A stretch of DNA of 64,000 bases, taken from the NCBI GenBank assembly GCA_036172245.1, contig JAYWIR010000010.1, positions 3,968,001 through 4,032,000 of the forward strand, in the 5' to 3' direction. This document shows positions 36,346 through 50,180 of the stretch, in pieces; the stretch's first letter is position 1; the number at the start of each line of letters is the position of its first letter. A program made the position numbers and the translations under genes. The stretch is from Raillietiella orientalis. Its lineage: Eukaryota. The notes beneath the pieces are model-generated. The model was not told the origin of the DNA, did not search any database, and was given only the letters and a program-made list of their open reading frames with translations.

Positions 36346-37265
36346 CTGGAAGAAGCGAAACTCAGTCCGCAGTCGCGGGTGCAGCGCCTCCTGCGACACT
36401 CAGGGCAAGGGAGGGAATCTGTCGGTGATCTTTCCCAGGGAGACGCGCCGTCCTGGACCGCTCGCACGGGGGGCACAGCAAGCAAGGAACAAGCAAGAAG
36501 AAACAGCAAACCTCCCCCCTCTCCCCCTTCCCCACCAAACAGGGGTCCTGACCTTCCCGCGATGCCTTCGCCCTCCCCGGAAGGAGGGGAGGGCGACCGA
36601 AGCAGCGACTCTGGAGGATCAGACTGGGAGACCGACCCCCCTGCAGTCTACCACCCCCAGCTTCCCCTTCCGCATTTCCCAGAGCCCCTGTTTTGGAGTT
36701 GGACCACATACCCTCTGATATTTTGCGGTTGGCTCCGAAGAGTTCATCGAGACTTCGGAGCGAGCACTTGGCGCGCAAGCGAGGCCGCGCCCGTTGAAAG
36801 GACAGTCTTTCGGTACCTTCGCAAGCAGCTCCCGTCGGCAATTAGGGACCTCAAAAAAAAAAAGGGAGTAGAAAAGGAAGGAAAGCTGAGTTCACGAAGG
36901 GAGTTTCCGGGGAAAAGGCGCATCGTGCACACGCGGCGACACTTTTGAGGGGGGATCGCGAAGCAGCGAACCATCAGACCACCACGGAAAGCGCGCCCGC
37001 GGGCGCTCCAAGAGCTCGGGCGTCTCTGGCTACCTCCTGCCAACACCGCGTGCGAGGCGAGGCTTCAGGGGGAGGTGAGAAGACTACGAGTGCATGGGTA
37101 GCTCTCACTCTCCTTTACAAACAAAAGAGACACCGCTCCAGACGCTTGACAAAGGCTTCCTAAATGCATCGAAAAACTGTTTTTTCTTCTTCTTTCTTTC
37201 TTTTTTTAAAAAAGGGAAGTTGCTATTACTACTTGCAACAGGGAATTGCCCCTTCGAGCGTCCTC

Positions 37266-37582
37266 CCTTGTCTGATGTGAGAGCTTCGTCAGTGCCCTTG
37301 GATTGCCCTGCATTCAGGGAGGACTCCAAGAAGGCCGCTCCTTGGAATGCACTCTGCGGTCAACCTCGTGGCGGAGGACGCTGAGGTACCTGTGGCAGCG
37401 AAGGGGGAGGGGATGGGCAAAGTCGAGGTGCCGAGGTGGTGCACCTCCATGGGGAAGATCGTCTTCCTCCGCTCGCTTCACTACAGAAGACCAGCAGCAG
37501 CAACCTTTGGGGACAGCATCAACCATGCGCCCTTCTTCGGCACCGGTGAACCAAGCGGGTCTGCGGCCGACCTAAGCCAGAC
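37266..37582 (-). repeat. inverted repeat arm B upstream of the LIM1 exon
   Basis: Reverse-complement partner of 34521-34836. Confidence 0.95.
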
Positions 37583-38570
37583 GGTGAGGCGACCTCCGGA
37601 TGAGCAAAACGACATGAGATCATCCAGGAAAGGCGAGGTTTGGGTAGAAGCTCAGCAGCGAAATCCCTTAATACTCGAGAGTCTGGGAACTACGAGCGGA
37701 TTGGCTTATCAACCGGAGTCGGGTTTTGGCTAGACGGGTCAGAGGTGAACATCATCGCCTTCCGGCCACTGTTTCGCACGGACCGGAGCCTGTTGCGAGG
37801 GACCAGCTCTCCGTCCTCCCTCTTCCTGATGATAAACGGTCCCCATCTCCTCCCAGCGACCACGAAGGGATCTTGCCTAACTACTCCCTTTTGTTCGGGG
37901 AGCGAGGTGGAGCTGACGACGGGCGAGTCGGCCACCGGCAACGCGACCTGACGCGCAACGGCAAGCTCCGCGAGCCCGGAGGGTCGCGACGTGCCTTCTA
38001 ACGAACAAGAAGCCCTCCATGCCCTGCCGGTGTCGATCCGCTCGGCGGCGCCTGAAAGACCCGGCCCAGCCTCGCCGCAGAGGCTGCCCTCGATCCCTGC
38101 TCACGAGGGCACCCCCTCCTCCACCACCTTAGCGGCTCGACAGGACGGAGATGCTCCCTCTCTCTTTCCCCTTCCATTCGAAGAAGGAAATCAGGCAGCT
38201 CCTCCGGGGAATTCGACTAGCCGCTCCGAAGGGGAGCGCTCCACGCGGAGGGAAAGGGAACGAAGAGGCGCCCACGAACGGCGAGCCGACCTTCCCCAAC
38301 TCTCCGTCAGGCGCCGTCGTCGCCACGTAAACGACCGCGGGCAGTTTTAACGGTCAGGAGGCGGGGAATTCCCAGAACGGAACCCTCGAAGTGGCAGCTT
38401 CAGCTCCTCCCCCCCTGCCTTTTCACCAGCGCGCAACTGGGAACGAGGACCGGTTCGGAGGACCCTGGCAACCGTAGCCAGGACAGCGAAGGGGAGAGAG
38501 GCAACTGGTCCTTCCTGCGGGAGAAAGCTGCATCCGGTTCACTCGCTCCTTTCCCTTCGGGAAGACTTAC

Positions 38571-38654
38571 TCCGTCGTCATGGGGCTGACGAGGGAGGAT
38601 GACCCGATTCCGGGGTTCCATCACGACTGCTCCTCTCCGCGTAGTGGCGCTCAT
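38571..38654 (-). CDS. candidate first coding exon of the LMO gene
   Basis: ATG-initiated 28 codons (MSATTRRGAVVMEPRNRVILPRQPHDDG) ending at a consensus donor GGA|GTAAGT in phase 0, compatible with the phase-0 LIM1 acceptor. No homology support. Confidence 0.3.
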
Positions 38655-41337
38655 CCACCAACACCACGGGAAGGAGGGAGGAAGGGGACACCCTCTTCCC
38701 AGCAGCCGTTGCTAAGAATAAAGGGAAAAGGAAAAAGGGAGGCGAATCCCCTACGCTCCCTCCGTCGGGGAGCAAAGGCACGGATTCCCGGAAGGAAAGC
38801 ATCCCTTCCTCCCGTGCCATTCGCAGGACACCGTCCACACCCCGGCGGCAGGGACTGCCGGGGGAGGAAGAGGAAGGGGAGTAGTAAGACTTCTCCTGGT
38901 ACAGGGGAGTAGGAGACTGCCAAGAGCGCGCGGATAGGCCAGCCTCTTAGGACTGAGGTGGAAAGAGAAGAAGAAATTTTCTCTGACTGCGATGGACCAC
39001 CCGTACATCCATCTCTGCCACTCTCCTCCCGTCTCTCCCACTTCTCGGCCCACCCTCCTCCGTCCACCTCTGGACGGTGTGGTTCGGGGCGGCACGTCCT
39101 TCCTCGCTCGGAACCGGCCAGCAGTTTCGCCCCTCTGGCTGTCCCTTTCCCTCCCCTCCTTTCCTCTGTCTGGTGTCCCATTTTCTGGCGCCCTCTCAGA
39201 CGCTAGAAGATGCTGGGTGGTATCGACACTCCGTCCGCTAGAGCTCTCTCTTTCCGCCGAGAGGGCCGGGAGAAGGGGACACCGGCGCGCGTTCGCTCCC
39301 GAAGGGCGATGTCTCGCGGCAACCTCGTGGGGCGAAGCGGCACCTCCCTACGCTTCCTCGAAAAAATGCTTTGTCCTGTCGCCCCCGGGTCCGTCGTTGC
39401 ACAACCGGACGGACGGCGAGAAACGCCGCGTCGCTCGAAGCGAAGAAGGCGGCAGCGACGGAGGCGGCGCCCTGGGGCAGAAGAAAGAGACCGAAGGTAT
39501 TGGGTGGCCGTTTCGGTTCCTCACAATTCCCCCCTAGGGACGAAGACCTTTCAGGAGGAGCACAAGACCTTCCATGGCGCGATGAAGCCGCAGGGTCTCC
39601 CTGCCTGCGCTTCGCCGTCGCGCGCGGGTCGTTCGAGCCGCTAGGGGCGGCGGCCCGTAGTTGCTTGAAGAGCTTCTCTTCGCTTCGGCCTTTCATGAGG
39701 GGTCTCCTCCTTGGCACCAGCAGGCAAGAACATCTGGATATACGTCTTACTCCCTCTCTCTCTCTCTCTCTCTCTCAAGGAAGGAAGGGTCGGTAGAACG
39801 TGCTCGAACGCCTCGGCCCGATTGAGTCGCCCCGTGGCGGGGTGACGTGACGGGCTCGTTCCAGTCCCCCCTCCTCGGACGCTCCGCATCTCTCCGGTGG
39901 TGAGGTTGGGAGCGCCGCGTCGCGGGACGCGTCTACAGCCCCGGCGGCGCTCCCCTTCGCTCCCTCCGGTCGGGAAACATCCGCCTGAGTTCGAAGGGGG
40001 CGGTACCTCTCGCAGCGATCTCCGAGCCCTCCGCCCTGAGGAAGGCGCGCTCCTGCTGATCCCGCATCCTGAAACGCAGGTGGCACGCGTCAGCCACTCG
40101 CCATCCATCCCGACTCCTCTCGCTCTTGAACCTCTTCTCTGGGCTACGCTCGACTCGCACGGGGCGCTCTCGGGGATTCGCCTCCCCTTCCTCCCTTTTC
40201 CCTTTCCTCACGTCTCCAGATGGAGGAATTTGCTGCCCAGTCCCACAGAGCTGGAGAGGAACGATTCGAGGAAAATCCCTCCTGGCTCCCCTCGCCCGGC
40301 GAATCAGCGTTGCCACCTCCCACCTCATGCGCACTGCGGCTGACCCCAAGGCAAGGAGAAGGACAGCACGCGAGCCGCAAAGCACGCAAGAGGCCGAAGC
40401 AAGAAGCGCTCGTCCGTCTCTTCTTCTCGGGCTGCCCGTCCCGAGACCCAGGAACGGCAGGAGTGTACCTTTCCTCTTCTCCCCTCCCGACAAACCGCGC
40501 GTCTCTCTGACGGCATCGCTTTGACCTCAGCTATCCCCGACACCGTCATGCTTCATGAAGAGCGGCTGTTGATCATCACACATACGGCTGCTCAGTCCAA
40601 GGGCAGCTCCGCCTTCCTCAACGAAGGTGTTTGTCAACAGGCCTGTTGTGACCCGAAAGACGTAATGTGTGCTGGGGAGGAAATACCTGGCGTAGGGGTT
40701 TCCAGGGTTACCACGATCGTCTCGTTAAGCGTTGCTCTTTCGCAATCCTCAGAAGCTCAGGTCGCAGTTTGCACTCGGCAATCAGGAAGAGTTCCTGCTA
40801 GCGCTGCGAGCTGAAGGGAGCAGGGAAATAAAGAAAACGCGAGGCTGCTTGTCTGGCGGACGAACAGCACTCAGTACAGATGCATGCTGTACACCAGTAA
40901 CTGATAAATTGATTTATCATCGTCAAACTTTCCCACTTTTCCACTACTCTTTTATTTTTCTTCTTCTTCTTCTTCTTCTTCTGGAAAAATCTCCATTTGT
41001 CTTATGGCTGTTCCATTTATCAGTCGGCATCGTACGGCAGCCTGATTACACACATGGTCGGACTGGCGAAAGGAACACCCCCTTCTTGCTAAAGCCCAGC
41101 TTTCGACTTGCAGTGTTCCCATCAGCTGATAAAACGTAATATCAGCAACCTGAGATATTGCCAGGCTTTGCATTTTCAGCATCTGGAGCCCACGTCTAAA
41201 ATTACTTGATATTCGACACAGATGAAGGATGGTGGTGGAGGTAATCCGACCATATCACTTTGGGAACGAGGCGAACTGGTTCCTCTTTCTCGGACGCAGG
41301 AAAGATGAATTCGTTTAGCGCGCCCACGTGCGTCTGC

Positions 41338-41605
41338 GTTTATACATATGTATATGTATTCGCGCATATAAACGTGCGTGTATGAATGCGTACGCACGCA
41401 CACGAACATACATGTGTGTATACGAATGCGCGCATGCACACACGCATGATAAACATGCGTGTGTGTGCGTGAAATTTACGCATATATGTAAGTACGTATG
41501 TGTGCACATTGGGATATACATACGTGTATGCACGAATATGTATGTATGTATATATATATATATATATATATGATGCACGTGCACACACATATGTGTACAC
41601 GCGCA
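41338..41605. repeat. compound purine-pyrimidine microsatellite (TA/CA/TG/TATG)
   Basis: Visible alternating RY tract including (TA)n at ~41549-41571. Confidence 0.9.
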
Positions 41606-44600
41606 TCCCCCTTTACAATGAGTGTACAGTTTTTGTTTTCGTCGTGATGGAAGTAGCCAAATGCGCATTTCCATCGGAATGCACGGAAAGCGATCTCCTG
41701 CTAGAGGGGGGAAAGCATGACTTCTTCGCCTCCTGCAAATAACCACAAGAACGGCGGCGGGAACCACCAAGGATTGCTCTCATCCGGAAATTTCGAGTGT
41801 TTGGTCGGAATCAACAAGCCACACTCCGGAAAGGTCATGGAGTTTGCATACAGAAATATCTTCGTGACGAAAAACTGCGCCGTATTTCGGTGCAAGCTCT
41901 TTGGGGAGGTGCGTGTCGTGTGGCATCCGCAAAATCCGACTTGATCTCAAGTGCCGCCGGTCTCTCCGGGCGTATTGGCATTTCTGTCCGGTATTATTTT
42001 TAGGTAGAGGGTTAAGCATGGAAATCCCCCCGCTCCTGGTCGGGTGCAACTCTTCAGAACGCATCTCCGTCGGATGGGTCGCACGAAGGCGTTGCCTAAA
42101 CTGCCGATCTTGGGTGCCTTGTCTCTCCTGCTACACCTGCGGAACCCATCCGGCAGACCACTCTTCCCTTCGACAGGGGCGTACGCGCCTTGTTCCTGGA
42201 TATGGCTTTCTCCCCAAACTCCTTCTCTTCTCCTCCGGCCACTCTTGGCTGTTGATCGCAAGAGCTCTGGCAGAGACCTTCCAGGCTTGTTGGGGGGTGA
42301 GGAGGGGAGGGGAAGTGACTCTAGCAGAGCTGAGCGGAGCGTGCATCATTCATCATCTCCTCTGGATTCGGTGCCCGGAAGAAACGGACCCGATTCACCG
42401 AGCCTCCGGAGGAAGGCGCGAAAAACATCTGACGGCGCGCTCGACTTCCAACCAGCGTCCTGACGTGTCTTTCGTTGTTTCGACCCCGTGCGTACGGAAC
42501 ACTCGACGGAAAACCTCACTTCCTTCTCTCGTCCGAAGGTCCGTACACGAGGAGTGCAACGTCAAACGGATGCCAAAGCGGCGAATTTCCACCTTCGTCT
42601 CTTTCGATGTCCCCCCCCCCCAAGCCTGGGGACGAGAGGGCCATTCGACAGAGGGGCGAGGTTAAGCGGCCCCCTTCACTCCTTCGCGCCCGCTGACTGG
42701 GAGGGACGTCGCAGGCTGCGACCCCGGCAGGAGACGCCGAAGCGTTTGCAAGAGCACGGAAGGCCCATCGAACAGACGGCTCGGGTGGGAAGCGGAACCG
42801 GCCGTCGTGTCGGATAGCAGGAATTTTCCTTCCTCGCCGCTGGAGATCGGGTTCCACCTCGGAGCGTGCGAAATCGAAGCCTCGAAGAAACGCAAGCGAG
42901 GCAGCAGAATGAGGCGATTTGAATTCGGCGGAAGCGGTCCGTTTTCGCAAGGCTGACGGGACTGATCCGGAGGAAGCATCCGGCACGGAGATCTACGGGC
43001 TAAGAGACCGCTGCGTGGGAACAAATCGAAAATTCCATGTTTTCCCTGAAGATGCATACCGCATATTTGATGATCTTTCCCCTTGCTGCGAGCATCAGAG
43101 CAGGATTATGGGAAACATTTTTCGATCCTAGCGGGAACTGTCCCTTGACTGCGAAAGGCTCGCAGAAAACTCCGCCATCCCAGCTTGCCCTCGCAATCGC
43201 TCCTCTCACGTGGCATGTTCCGCGTGAAGGGTCCTCGTGAGTGATGGTGGTGCAAGAATGCGTCATTCCACGGGAAGGCGTCTGTGAGATTCAAGCCGAT
43301 ACTGTTTTTCGCCGGTGCCCATCGCCATGCAGATATTCTCATATCTGCCGAGGCAAGCGATGCTTCTCCCACGTGGCTCCAGAAAGAAAGGATTCGTTTG
43401 CATGCCGTGCGGCCATCCATTGATGAGTGTTCGCGCGACCATCACTGTGGAGACTCGCGAGATTCTTTCGGGTTCACTGTTTTCTCTATGGATCGGACAC
43501 AGGTTATCGATTGCAAGAAATCTTCGTCCCGTCCAGGATCGGGGAACATCACGCTCGACTCGAAAATCGCATCCATGTGCATCCTGTGTAAATTGGATCC
43601 CGCTGCATATGATTTTCTATTGAATTATAGGCGTTATCTGCGTAGCCCTTGAAGATTCCAAGGGAATCTCATCTTTCCAGATAAGGGCTGCAACTCGAAA
43701 CGGTTCGGGAAGGAAAGCCAGGAAACTTCGTTAGGAGGGCAAGGAGGAAAAGTGGGCTTGGACTGGGGAACTAAAAGCATCGGAAGGCAGAATCTGAGAA
43801 AGCAGAAGAGGAAAAATTCCAGCTTTGCCCCAACAGCCTCTCCGGATATCCCGCTCCTCCCGAGCGAACGCGGCGCCTCTCTCGGACTTGAGCGTTTTTC
43901 GGGAGGGGTCTTTAACGAATGGTGTGGCGCCGACGAGACAGGCAGTCGTTTCTCTTCCCAGGCGATCTCGGCGGCGCTGTTCGAATGGGCTTGAATTCGT
44001 TGCCGGTGCGGTGAAACCACGCCCTCCTTTGCTATACGGAGGACTCGACAGAAGCCCACGAGATCGGCAACGCCATCAGCCGTCACATGCCTGAGTCTCG
44101 TCTCTTCTCCCGGAACTCCGAGTTTTCCGGATTCCTCCGTATCTCCCCTTTAAGGCCATTGGTCCTCTCGGAAGAGAGCTTGCCGCTCCATCGTCCGATA
44201 GAGACGGAGGTGTCCGAAAAGCTGCTCCCCGTTGCTTCGTGTTTACGAGCACCAAAGGCGATTTGACTCCACGAGCTTTCCAGAGAGAGCATCCCGGAAA
44301 AGAGGCACGGCAGGAAAACTTCAAGAGAAAGGAAACGAGGACGCGGGACGTGGAAACTGGAATTAGAATCTCGGCAGCCACAACATTTGCCTGTTCCAGG
44401 ACGCGAAAAAGAGGCGCTCCACGAATGTTCCGAAACGTGCCGCTTGCGCACCGCACCGTGCCTGTGATTGCCACGGCCCCAAGGCTCGATGCTGCTTCTC
44501 CCTAAGAAGGAAGCAGAAGCCCAAGATGGAACCACGCGTGAAAAGTGACTGTACTTTGTGGATACGAGGGACGTGGAATCGATCCGGAAGTGGTTCATCA

Positions 44601-45039
44601 ATTTGTTGCCTAAAGTGAAGCCATACCGTAAAGTAAACGGGAGGGTGGGGAAACATCATATTTCTTCCTGGGTAATTTCTTCGGGAGGATACTTGAAAAA
44701 CTGATTGAATAAGGAGGACTGCTTTCAAGAATTCAAGAGGAAAAAATTAGCTTTTCCTTGGATTACCCTTAAGGATCGAAGCTGAGCAATGGGTAGCAGG
44801 ATCTCCCGGAGGGATCAGCTAGCTTTGTACTACATTTTGCGATTCTCCGAAAGTCAGAAAGAAACTGGGAGGAGATCTGCCAAGGGAAATCCTCAAGAAG
44901 CGACCCAACTGAGACTGAATCCTCTGTGCTTCGGTTTCCCGATGCTGCATCGGTTACGTTCCCCTCGAACAAACCTGATTTCGGGATGCAAGAGAACGAA
45001 ATGGCAAACACTTTTTTCTTTTCAGAAAACGAATATCGA

Positions 45040-46290
45040 AATCGAAGGATGGCCCTCGGGGTCACCCATGGACAGATGTGTATGCAACAACGTAACACAT
45101 GTGAGGATGGTATAGTGGCAGGAATCCGGTTATCGCTTTTTCTGCGGCGCCAGAACCGTTTTCCGAGCCCAGAGCGTTTGACCTCAGCAAGAAATATGAG
45201 CCCACAAATTTCGAGAGCGCGTTGCTGGCGAGATACCAACGCTCTGTAGCAACCACTGGATTTTTTTTTTTTTTTATCCTCGCCGAATCTCACCTATCAA
45301 ATGTGGAAACATCCTGTTTCTGCCTGGAGATCAACCGTAAAGCAGCCCCCCCCCCTCCTGTAGTGAGAGTGCTTTCCAAGTCACGTCTTTTCTGCGGTCG
45401 GAGGAATTCGAGAGAACCATCGTCCCCGGACGGCTGAATATAGGAAGGGTTCCTGCAGATTTGGGAGGACCAATCTTCCTGCGCCCCCTCAAATCAAAGG
45501 AACCTGATACACGGGCTCGCGTTCCTTGTTACTGCTTGCTGGAATGCCAGAGTCGTATCACTAAATCTGCAACCATCACTATCAACAAGGTCCCTAAGTG
45601 CTGAACCCGACTTCAAATCGCATCCCATGTGTCTTTCGTTCATACTTCCAAAATCATGAAGAAAGCAAGAAGTGGATGAATGATAACTACGAAATTGCGC
45701 AACAGCACTGCAGAGTTACGCCTGAGCATGCAGAAATTGCCGCAGCAACAGTATTTCACGCCTCCCAGGCGGATCAGAAATGGAAAGTGAGTAGGTACCA
45801 CTGATTGCAGTGCTTTCAAGCATGTCTGCTCATTCCCAAAACAAGCCTGCGCTGTCGTGAAGGCAGGTGCTTCTGGTGGTTCCTGAACTCGTAGATGGCT
45901 GCTGACGTCTCTGCTGGCAAATTATCAAAAAGTCTTCTCGTGGATTCAGAATCAAGAACGTATGTAACTTGTGCACCATATCAATCCAAAACTTCCTTAT
46001 TCGACCCATTCCTAAAGGGAACCATCAGAAATTCTTCCCGCAAGGTAAGAACTAGATTGAAAAAATCTGTCTAAAAACTGCTGCCTTCGATTCTCCGAGC
46101 AGCAAAGGCACAGATTAGGTCCAGCTGGATGCTGAGGAGCTGCAAAAGACCGTTTCAAGAGAACCAGTGCAACGTACAACTTCGAATGCCCTTTCTAGAA
46201 ACCTCTCCAGGGATCTATGTTTTTAGACATAGATCCTTCCACGAAAGTCCACTTTCTACCCGCGAGTTCACCTTTTACATTGGTCACTTG
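45040..46290 (+). pseudogene. decayed SWIM + YqaJ-like (lambda exonuclease fold) transposon gene
   Basis: Ordered remnants: RCVCN..TC, ACWN, IAAAT..SQADQKW..SR, CSAFKHVC (TASxFKxVC-like), ANYQK, INPKLPY, IEKIC (EIKCP-like), NVQLRM. Several stops and frameshifts. Confidence 0.45.
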
Positions 46291-49200
46291 AATCAGAGTG
46301 GTCGTTTTGTCAAGCCGTCGGCGATTCTCCTTTTTTTTTTTTTTTTCTTTTTTGGAAAATCGTAATTCATCTGGACAATTATCGCAAATACACCAAACAC
46401 ACAAAAGTGCTGACGAAGGACGAAATCACACTTACCGTAAAAAATGCAACAGAAACATTGCTTCTGGTGTGTGTATCTTTCTGGTGTAAATGATTTTCCG
46501 TCTCTGGCACAGAGCACTTCTGTAAATGTGGTGATGCACGGGTGAATTTTGGAACGATTTCTTGCTTCTGTGACTCCGCTACGCTTTTCATGACTTTGCG
46601 TTTGGAAAGAATGGGCCTTTCCGAGTTCTGATCCACGGACAATCGCCTCTTCCAGGCAGACAACCTCTTCGCCGATAAATTCGGAAGAGGCCAAGGAGGA
46701 ATCTTTTCTGATCCTCAATTCATGGTAAGTTTCTTTCAAACATGCCCGTGCGATTGTGTGAAGCATCTGTGCAATCTTTTTTCGAGAATGGGCTCCGCTA
46801 GAAGAAGCTCCGAATCCGAAGACTTTTGACTCTGCAAGCTCTGCGTCACCTGCCCGCTTGGTCACCCGCAAGCGACACAGGAGTTCGAGGCCTCATCTTG
46901 ACCTCTTTTGTCTTTTGTCCGAAGGAAACAAGGACAAGTCAGTCCACGCCACAAGAAGGAAACGTTTCCAGGAAACAGATGAGGCTGAATTCGAATCCGA
47001 AGTCCGGAATTTTTTCCGTCTCGGGTCTTTCCTTTACCGGCACATCCTCGGGGGTAGAAACGGGGCGAAATCCAGAGAAAGCAGTCGGATAATCTCATGC
47101 AATTTCCAAAACATGGGAAAGTGAAATCATCAGGAAGATGATTTCACTTTCGCATGCTGTTTCGTGTGTTCCCTCTAGGTCCAACACGCCTGGAGATCAA
47201 TTTTCCTCATCCCGACCAGAGAACTGACATTCGCAATGCAGGGCTCGTTCTGGTAGGTGCGCGTCTCAGTAGATGCTCGTCTTGCATTTCATCTCTCACG
47301 GCTCATAGAAGTCACACGAAAGCAGTTCCTTCTGTGAGCTACGGATTATGGATATTCGAATTGCTGCCGTCATTTTGAGGTCAGAAGTCAAAACACAGTC
47401 AACTCTGAAGACTATATCTTTTCCCGCTTCTCCAAAGTGGAGTGGTTCTTTTTTCCTCTGGGGAGCCACTGAAACTTCTTTGCTCCGATCTCTACTTTGC
47501 GTAGGCTGCCTCTGGCCATTGAGAAACCAACGACGCAAAGGTATGAGGCACGTTTTCCTTGTTCGCCTTTTGTTCCTTACTTTAAAGCGGAAAGGATCGT
47601 TTTTTTTCTTCTGACTGTACAGTGGCCTCGTACCAACTGATTGATAAACCTCAAACGGGATAAACACCCGAATGCGGAAGAGCGACTTACAATGCGGCAG
47701 GGTACGCGCAAGTGGTCAGTCAATCAAAACATCCCATCTAAGAGATCCAGAATCCTGACTGCCGAAGCCAAACGGAATTCATCGGGAGAGGAAGCGGGAA
47801 TACGACTCTATGGGACCCTCGACAGTGTGAAATTCGGGAGCATGGATGGAAAGAAAGCTTTGGAGCAGCAGGGTCCTTTGGAAAGAGAACGGAAGCTGTA
47901 CTTGGGCCTCTCTTACAACGCAAGATCGGTGCTCCCAGTCTTTGGAACCCCCCAATGTCCATGGAATCTCTCCCTCTGGGCTCGGGACGGCTATCCAACG
48001 AAGGGACCCTTCGGATTGAGGCACTCTAAGTAAACATAACAAGGCGTACATATGTGATTCACTTAGACGTGTTGACAGGGATGTTTGCAGCATCTTTTTT
48101 TTTTTTTTTTGGGGGGGGGGGGGGGATTATTCCTGGTAAGTGAACGAGCAATTTTCTCTCGCGCCTTGATAGATACTGTTCCAGGCGTGGCCACGAAAAT
48201 TTCCATCGGGAATACTTGGGGAATTCATCTAAAAGTAAAGTGAGGAAAAGCCGAGGATGATGAATAAGCGAATGGTAAAGGGGAATTCGTTGGGATGCCG
48301 ACAGTGTGCTGCTCTTTCCTCCAAGATCATGCAACAACTGCAGCAGCAGCAGCAACAAAAAGTCTTATATTCCAAAATCTCATTTGTGGAACCTCTCTTT
48401 TCTGATCACATCTTCAGATCTACTTTCTCAGCTGCCCGGGACGCTTCTTTGTTTGTTTGTCGATCGCTCCCCAGCAAAAAAAAAGGTAGAATTCCTCCAT
48501 CTCCCTGTCTCATTCGCCCCCCATCCTTTACGTCGCTCCCCGAATCGTCGTGAGCATTTTAAAAAAAGGCGGCGGTTCCCAGAAAAGGAGAGGGAGAAAA
48601 TTTCCGTTCCTTTCGTAGTTGCAATAGGGAATGCTCGCCCGAAGCGGCTGTCCGGGCAGGAGGCAAGCGGTCCTGGAGGAAGCGCGAACGAACGCGGCTT
48701 TCGTGCTCCCATCTCCATTAACCTCTCACGGAGCATCAGCTGATGCTCCGTGAGAAGCGTCGGCTTCGGCTTTTCGGAACGGAGGGAGCCCGACCGGGTC
48801 CCCCATGAGAACGGGAGGAAAATCAAATAAATGGGGGGAGGGGAGGGAAGGTATTCCTTCCTTTCGGGGAAAATAGTTCGTCGGAAAGTCGCGGTCCCGA
48901 ACTTGGGATGAAGAGCCCTGATGAGCCTTCCCATCATCTCGTGGCGTCATTTATGTAATTAGGCCAGAAAGTGTCGGCTTAATAAGCGGCGACAGTGGTG
49001 CGAAATTCCCCCCCCCCCTTTTTTTTCTTCCTCCCCCCTTTCCTCCGCGAGCTTCTTGCGGAAAAATTTTCGAGTGCTTCCGAGCGAGTCGAGGACGTCC
49101 GACAAGTTGTTTCCCACGTCTTTAACAAGCGTCAGGAAACGTGTCTCCTCTCTTCTCCTGGAAGAGAAGAGGGAAGGAAGGGAAAAAAGAGAGGGGGAGG

Positions 49201-50180
49201 GGGGAGAAAAAAGCTGAGAAAGAGATGAAAAAGAAACGGTGGAATCGGGAGAGAAAATTCCACCTCTCTCCTGGATATGGACCCCCCTCCCCTCCCTTCT
49301 TTCCCTTCGAAACGCAAGGTTTCTTCTTCATCTCGTGGGGAGGAGATGGGGTTCTGTCTCTCCAAGAAATAATTTTCGAGCAGCTTCATAAAAGATGAAT
49401 TGGATGGAGGTGTTTCCTCTATCTCGAAGAGGGAGGACGCACCAAACTCTGAAGCCGAAGCCCCGGTGCTTCCCTCTCTGCCGGACTCAAACGGCTCTTT
49501 TGACAAGATTGATTTCGAACGGCGACCGGGCTCAGAGGAAGAGATTCCTTCCTGGTTCCACAGAATGGGGAGCAAATCGGGGTTCTCTATCCCTTCCTCC
49601 TCCTCCCCATATCGCAGGCGTCCACACCCGATCGACGGAAGCGCGGCATTCCCGTCTCTTCCCCCCTCCTCCGTCAGTCGCTACGCCGGGAACGAAAAGG
49701 CTGCGACACGGATGGCCGAGTCCCGATCGTCCTTGCAGCGGCGCCTGGCGCGCCCTTAAGAATCCTTAATTGGAACCGCAGATTGCTTTCTAAATGAACT
49801 CGGGACTCCCGAACTCTTCCTGGGTTGTTCGCTTTTGTTTGACTCCTCCTCTCCTCCTCTCCTTTCATCCTGTCCCGCTCCTCCCTGCATCTCCTCTTCC
49901 TCCTCCTCCCCCTTTTTTTTCCTTCCTTCCACAAGAGAGAATTAAGGAAAATATTATTCCTCCTGAAATCAAATTATGCAAAAACAACCGAGGTCTTATC
50001 CAATTATCCGCTAAGCATCCAGATGCAGCTCCGTAACCGAGTTAGCCTGCATTCATCCGTCATCATTAAGGGATGGGAGCAAGAAAGCGACCGTGATGAA
50101 ACGGCAGGACTCGATCCCGTTTTCGCGGGATGGCGAATTTTCAATCCGAGTAATTGAAATTTGTAAAGATAACGAAGCTG

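Noticed and set aside
41800..42350. Possible L1 remnant (LHPTRSGGISMLN)
   Set aside because: Single weak motif.
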